59,063 bases of DNA, from positions 1 through 59,063 of IMG/VR virus record IMGVR_UViG_3300048550_000839; one strand, 5' to 3'. Made by a program: the position numbers and the translations under genes. Origin of the DNA: a virus. Its lineage: Duplodnaviria > Caudoviricetes. The notes below the pieces were generated by a model. That model worked only from the letters and a program-made list of their open reading frames with translations, did no database searches and was not told the DNA's origin. This document shows positions 54,263 to 59,063 of this stretch, in pieces. Within the stretch, counting starts at the first letter, position 1. Every line of letters begins with the position of its first letter.

Positions 54263-54320
54263 TGTGTATTCTTTGCCTTTTGATATAGGAGGCTCGTGGC
54301 GAACTCCTTTTACATACTAT

Positions 54321-55499
54321 TTATTTTACACATTTAAGAATAATAGTATCACTATTTAAACGACCATTTAATTTAATATCTGTTGTTTTAATATCGTCCA
54401 TAAACTTGCGCAGTTGTACTTTGCCAGCTTTTTTAAACGCTTTGAGTGTTTCGTCTGGCTTGCGTAGGGTTTTTTGGATACTAGCTGTTTCACTATAAAA
54501 TAACAGCGTAGTGCCTTTAACTTGAATCGTAGCGGCTGTATCTGCTACATATTTTCCTAGCTTCCGTGTTTTGATATTGTACACCCAAACTTCTTTACTA
54601 TCCAAAATATCCAACGGATTCACACTAACAATTTGTAGTTTGTCATCACGTTGCATATATTTTAGTTTTGAAACTAATTTTTCTTTACTTGGTGCTTTTT
54701 TAACACGTGGCTTTCTATTTGCTTTTGCAGCATCTATAACAAGGTCACAAGCGCCGTGTAGTAGCTCTAATGCTTCTAAGTATGTTTTAGCATCCTTTTT
54801 AGTAAGGTGACTGTAACCTTCGCGTAGCTGCTGTAACATATCTGCTTCGTGTTCATCCTTGCATTTATTAATTTGCGCCGGAGTTGGTAAATTTTGTATG
54901 AGACGTGCTTCTTCTAACTCACTAGCATACAATCCTTTAATTTTTCTAGCGTGAGCTTGTGTAACTTTATGTGTAAAGAAGTGTTTTGTAAAATCAAAGC
55001 CTTTAGGATCAAAGTTTTTCTTGTCACTAATAAAGCCATCAAGCCACTCTTCTATATCATCGCAAGCAATAAATGCTTGATCTCGTATCCTCTCCTGTAT
55101 GCTTGGAACATAAACATTTTTTTTGACTTTTTCCTCTGCCTTCTTTTCTTCAACAATTTTTGCACCTTCTTCTGCAAGTTGGTGTATCCATTCGTTTAGT
55201 TTTCCTTTGTAACCTTCTACAACCTTATCCGGCCAGTTTTCCTCATAGTGTGCCGCAGTTGCATAGTGACTTTTGCCTCCTACTTTCCAGTCTGGAAGTT
55301 TGTTTATTGCTGAAACAATTTTTTTGTCGTAATGATCTTTAATATAATTTTTTACTTTGACAAGCCATTGCTTACTATCAATTTCGTAATGTATATAGTA
55401 CTGTGCTTTTTGCCAGCCCCAATCTTCACGTATAACATCCCAGTCATTTACATTCCGTTTTGCTCTAGGTTTTTTGCGTTTTACTACACTTTTAGCCAA
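54321..55499 (-). CDS. Hypothetical phage protein
   Basis: 392 aa; WVYNIKTRKL..Y...KTLRKP...NGRLN.DTIIL. Confidence 0.65.
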   Translation of the reverse strand: MAKSVVKRKKPRAKRNVNDWDVIREDWGWQKAQYYIHYEIDSKQWLVKVKNYIKDHYDKKIVSAINKLPDWKVGGKSHYATAAHYEENWPDKVVEGYKGKLNEWIHQLAEEGAKIVEEKKAEEKVKKNVYVPSIQERIRDQAFIACDDIEEWLDGFISDKKNFDPKGFDFTKHFFTHKVTQAHARKIKGLYASELEEARLIQNLPTPAQINKCKDEHEADMLQQLREGYSHLTKKDAKTYLEALELLHGACDLVIDAAKANRKPRVKKAPSKEKLVSKLKYMQRDDKLQIVSVNPLDILDSKEVWVYNIKTRKLGKYVADTAATIQVKGTTLLFYSETASIQKTLRKPDETLKAFKKAGKVQLRKFMDDIKTTDIKLNGRLNSDTIILKCVK

Positions 55500-55692
55500 T
55501 GAACTGTTCCTCTACTGCTTTTATATGTTTGCATTTTTTAAATGCAGGACAATCGCAACTGAAGCCTTTGTCTAGCATTTCTATATTATATATGCCTTTG
55601 CTGCCTTCTATATTCCAAATTGTTCCTACTGCCCAATGATTTTTAGTTTTAATATTTTCACTTGCGTAAACTTTTGGACCATATTTCGACAT
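55492..55692 (-). CDS. SWIM zinc-finger protein
   Basis: CDCPAFKKCKHI (CxC..CxH); GAGGAG RBS before MSKYG; TTGACT-17-TATAAC at 55714-55742. Confidence 0.75.
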   Translation of the reverse strand: MSKYGPKVYASENIKTKNHWAVGTIWNIEGSKGIYNIEMLDKGFSCDCPAFKKCKHIKAVEEQFIG

Positions 55693-55728
55693 ATTGTTCT
55701 CCTCACTCACGTAGTTATAGCATACTAA

Positions 55729-56451
55729 TTAGTAGTAGTCAAGTCTTTTACATTCAAAATCTAAATAATTACTCCAAGCAATATGAGCATCAAGTCCTAA
55801 ATGCCAACATTCTGTCTTTTTAAAGCCAGCTTTAAGCCCCCAATACAGAAAATTTGCATCTTTTGTAGTAGGATTTAAGTATGTTGATGTATCTAGTGAA
55901 TTAATTATATTTTTATTGTTCTGTGTATATGATAATTCTTCACAAGTGTTAAACATTATATGTTTTACATTATTCCTTTGTAAAAGACGTTGGGTAGTAA
56001 GTGCATAACTTGCCCACATATCTAATTCTTTAACTTCGGACATTAAATTAGGCATTATTCTGTGAATACGTTTAAACTCATTTGTTTTAGCAATATCAGG
56101 ACCTTGTCCTATACTTATAGGAAAATATTTCTGATCAATTCTACTTAACACATCGTGTTCTATATCTGAGTCTTCGGGATATCTTAGTTCAGTTCTTAGT
56201 AAACTTGTCCACCCTATAACCAAAACATAGTCTTCATCACGTTTACGTAATCTAGTTAGCCAATCTATAGTTTGTCTGTGTATAAATTCATTGCTTCCAC
56301 CAGGTTGGCTTAAATGGATGCATTTGAAATTATTTTTCTTTGCTAATAGTGCAGCATAATTATTGTTCAAATTATAAAGACTGCTACTTTGCTTTCCGTC
56401 TAACATTGTTCCGTATGTATGACTACATCCTATTGCTACTATTGTAGTCAT
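55729..56451 (-). CDS. SGNH/GDSL-like hypothetical protein
   Basis: IGCSHTYG, GGSNE.I, IGWT..LR.E, WHLG..AH. Confidence 0.6.
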   Translation of the reverse strand: MTTIVAIGCSHTYGTMLDGKQSSSLYNLNNNYAALLAKKNNFKCIHLSQPGGSNEFIHRQTIDWLTRLRKRDEDYVLVIGWTSLLRTELRYPEDSDIEHDVLSRIDQKYFPISIGQGPDIAKTNEFKRIHRIMPNLMSEVKELDMWASYALTTQRLLQRNNVKHIMFNTCEELSYTQNNKNIINSLDTSTYLNPTTKDANFLYWGLKAGFKKTECWHLGLDAHIAWSNYLDFECKRLDYY

Positions 56452-57071
56452 TTAGATTCCAATTTTTCTTTAAGCAAATTTGCAATTAATTTTTGTCCAT
56501 CTTCTGTGTAAAAATTAGACTTTAATTTCTTAACATATTTTTTTATATTAGCTTTTGGATTCTCAACTCCTATATATCTTGATCTATCTATATGTTTTAT
56601 CATATACAACGTGTTATGATTCCAATCAATTGCATTTTCTACATTATACATTACGTAATTAATATCGTAACTTTTGAGCAATTCTTGCAAACTTATTACT
56701 AAATTACACCAACGAGTATTAGTTAAGTGTTCGTCTAATAAAATTTTTTGAAATTTATTAATCCGTACCAAATCATAATCTAAATTTTTAATTCCTAAAC
56801 TGTAATTATAATAATTAGGATCCGAAAACCCTGTGTACTTTTTCTCTTTATGCAATTTTCTTAGTTCTAAACTCTGAGTATTACTCCAGCCTATTACAGG
56901 CAAAAAATTTTTATTCTCGACTGTATATTTTGTAACTAGTCTAAATATACTTTGTGGACTTGTAGTTTCTGTACTGCAATCAATGTAATTGTAATTTAAT
57001 TTTTTTGCTAAGAAATATGCAGCATTTTTATTTCCAACCAAGGCTTGACAACCAAATGCAACTACATCCAT
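56448..57071 (-). CDS. Degenerate SGNH-like paralogue
   Basis: AFGCQ (Ser replaced), VIGWS, catalytic His absent; start moved to MDVVAFG. Confidence 0.5.
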   Translation of the reverse strand: MDVVAFGCQALVGNKNAAYFLAKKLNYNYIDCSTETTSPQSIFRLVTKYTVENKNFLPVIGWSNTQSLELRKLHKEKKYTGFSDPNYYNYSLGIKNLDYDLVRINKFQKILLDEHLTNTRWCNLVISLQELLKSYDINYVMYNVENAIDWNHNTLYMIKHIDRSRYIGVENPKANIKKYVKKLKSNFYTEDGQKLIANLLKEKLESK

Positions 57072-58396
57072 TACATATATTCCTCCATCCAAGGAATATA
57101 ATCTAGTATGTTTACTTTTCTAAATCGATCACTAGCTTTTGTATTGTTTATATATTTTTGCCAATCGCCCTCGTTTGGTTCTTGGTTAAGTTGATTTTTT
57201 AAACCTAATATTGCATCAACTGCCCACTGCTCCCAATCTGGTAACGCTGCATTTTTAAATTTAGCGTGTTGTTGTTCTAACATATCATTCATAAGTTTTT
57301 TACGTTCTTCTGGTAAATTTCTAATATGTTGATTACGTGGATATTCAACAATGTTAAAATGAGGTAAACAATTTTGATATCCGTGATTGCCCCAATCCCA
57401 AGTGTAATGCCACGTGTCGTAGTTTTCTTTACACCAATTTAAAACATTAGGCAAGTCGTGCAAATTCATAACACTAATTGTAACGTGTGTATGTACGATT
57501 ACACCTGTGCGTGTTTTACTAAACTTTTTCAGTTTTTCTATGTTACGTTTTATAATTTTCCATTTGCTAGGAAATCTTACATAATAAGCCAAGTCATCTG
57601 TAGCATCAATACTTAAACTTAACACAACTCCTCTAAATTTATCCCAAATATCTAAAAGTCTATCTGGAATGGTTGTACCATTAGTATTATAATGTAGTTC
57701 AATGTTCTGACTCCATCCTTTTTCGATAATGTGTTCTAACCAAGTATAGTGTTCGTCTACAACCAAAGGCTCGCCACCGATAAAATTAATAATTTTTACA
57801 TTTGGCAGAACATCATCAAAGAAATCTTCAGCAAATGCTTTTATAAACCAAGGATCTGTACTACTAAGTTTTCCGATTTTATATGCAGTTTCGTCCCAAT
57901 CTGTGTGTGGAACTGTAGGACCTTCTTCAATCCATCTGTGACTAGCCCAAGGATTACAACTACGACATTTAAGATTGCATACATTACCTAAACTTATATC
58001 TAGATATGTAATTGCTTGTGGATCTAAAAACCCATCTTCACTTACGTTTTTTAAACTTTTATCTATATGCTCTTCGTATATTTCGTTTGAAGTCTGTCTA
58101 AAACTACGTATGCCATCGTTTTCTAATTTAAAACAATCAGCACAACCCTTTGGTTGCTCTCCTTTTAATAATTCTTCTCTTATTTTCATTATTTCAGGAT
58201 CATTTATAAACTCGCTTATATTTTCAGCTGCGTTTACCTTATCGTTGTATTCTGGAGTATCTTGGAAGTTTATACCAGGCATAAACTTTCTTGTTTCTTG
58301 TCTACTAAAACAACAAGGTCTACTACGTCCGTGAGGATGAGTGCTAAAACTTTGCATAGCGTGATAGCAAAATGTATCAGGCGATGAGGTTGACAT
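57071..58396 (-). CDS. Radical SAM protein with N-terminal twitch/SPASM-like domain
   Basis: FC...RPCC...GCADC; CNLKCRSC; GGEPL; TNGT; SID. Confidence 0.9.
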   Translation of the reverse strand: MSTSSPDTFCYHAMQSFSTHPHGRSRPCCFSRQETRKFMPGINFQDTPEYNDKVNAAENISEFINDPEIMKIREELLKGEQPKGCADCFKLENDGIRSFRQTSNEIYEEHIDKSLKNVSEDGFLDPQAITYLDISLGNVCNLKCRSCNPWASHRWIEEGPTVPHTDWDETAYKIGKLSSTDPWFIKAFAEDFFDDVLPNVKIINFIGGEPLVVDEHYTWLEHIIEKGWSQNIELHYNTNGTTIPDRLLDIWDKFRGVVLSLSIDATDDLAYYVRFPSKWKIIKRNIEKLKKFSKTRTGVIVHTHVTISVMNLHDLPNVLNWCKENYDTWHYTWDWGNHGYQNCLPHFNIVEYPRNQHIRNLPEERKKLMNDMLEQQHAKFKNAALPDWEQWAVDAILGLKNQLNQEPNEGDWQKYINNTKASDRFRKVNILDYIPWMEEYM

Positions 58397-59063
58397 TTTC
58401 AGGCCTCGCTTTACTTATGTTAAAATCTGCTGCACAATGACAATGTGTTTTTGGACAAATTATACCTTCACTTAGTTTAATATCAAATTTACCTTGTACA
58501 ATATTGCCTACTATAGGACCAACACCGCAACTTGCTTGTTGTATTCTGCCATTAGGATGTATGTGTAAACTTTCGTGTATATTACAAGTCCATCCTTTAA
58601 AGAAGTTTTTACCTTCTGTAATAATCAAATTCGTATCAATTGCTTCTACTGTATCATCTGCGTAATGCACCTTTGCCCAAGCATAATTTGGTTCTTTGTG
58701 TATAGGTATAACTTGTTGCCTTGCACTACTATTTGTTTTAAAGAAATCCATTTGCCATTGTTCTTCGTAGAAATACGGGTCAGTGCTAGGACGTAATTCG
58801 TCATACACAGGCGCATATTCTATCATATAATTATCACAAGTATCTTTTATTTTATCGCCAAAGTCAATGCATTGTTGGAAATGTTTATGATGCATCATTA
58901 TTCTACTACAAAGATAATTTTTTTTGTCTTGTAAAAATTTATATGACTGCAAATATTTTTCTTCTTTGGTCCATTCTGCGTGATAACTTGCAACAACATC
59001 TTCAAAAAGATGATGATGCTTTTCCCACCAACTTACTGGTCTGCTAAAATTTGTGTTTATTCC
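58377..59063 (-). CDS. Radical SAM-like protein, 5'-truncated by window edge
   Basis: Frame open to 59063 (INTNFSR..WW..ASYHAE); C-terminal FKGWTC...ASC...CPKTHCHCAAD; CxxxCxxC itself not in window. Confidence 0.7.
   Translation of the reverse strand, partial: GINTNFSRPVSWWEKHHHLFEDVVASYHAEWTKEEKYLQSYKFLQDKKNYLCSRIMMHHKHFQQCIDFGDKIKDTCDNYMIEYAPVYDELRPSTDPYFYEEQWQMDFFKTNSSARQQVIPIHKEPNYAWAKVHYADDTVEAIDTNLIITEGKNFFKGWTCNIHESLHIHPNGRIQQASCGVGPIVGNIVQGKFDIKLSEGIICPKTHCHCAADFNISKARPENVNLIA

Noticed and set aside
1-59063. Stop-codon reassignment as seen in some large phages
   Set aside because: Known genes are full length in the standard code and TAA, TAG and TGA all terminate genes
1-59063. tRNA genes, CRISPR array, IS element or DGR
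   Set aside because: Intergenic gaps are very short; no cloverleaf, spaced repeats, transposase or reverse transcriptase motifs seen by eye; tRNAscan-SE would be decisive

Overview
This window is a ~59 kb segment of a large, AT-rich, T4-like/jumbo tailed phage genome. It is gene-dense and almost entirely on the minus strand; only phoH and one Zn-ribbon gene are on plus. The host is probably an alphaproteobacterium, inferred from the FdxA, YccA/BI-1, IscA and ClpA types. In window order: (1) a replication/DNA-modification block with a TGT/DpdA-like deazaguanine transglycosylase, sliding clamp, sugar-nucleotide enzymes, family B polymerase and DsbA-like protein; (2) an aminoacyl-transferase-like + ATP-grasp pair; (3) a cluster of putative capsid-internal proteins with T4-like targeting/cleavage signals; (4) ClpA, peptide deformylase and DnaJ; (5) a lysis cassette; (6) phoH, thyX, ferredoxin, clamp loader, two MazG-like enzymes, exonuclease, BI-1, GroES and a DnaE fragment; (7) baseplate/tail-fibre genes, one with an inserted HAD nucleotidase domain; (8) IscA, UvsE, a queD-kinase-nucleotidyltransferase-glycosyltransferase operon behind a compact pseudoknot-like leader, and SGNH-like/radical SAM genes. 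Consensus sigma70 promoters and a recurrent TAAATA late-promoter motif are visible. I saw no tRNA, CRISPR array or transposon. All protein calls come from motif recognition by eye, not database searches.
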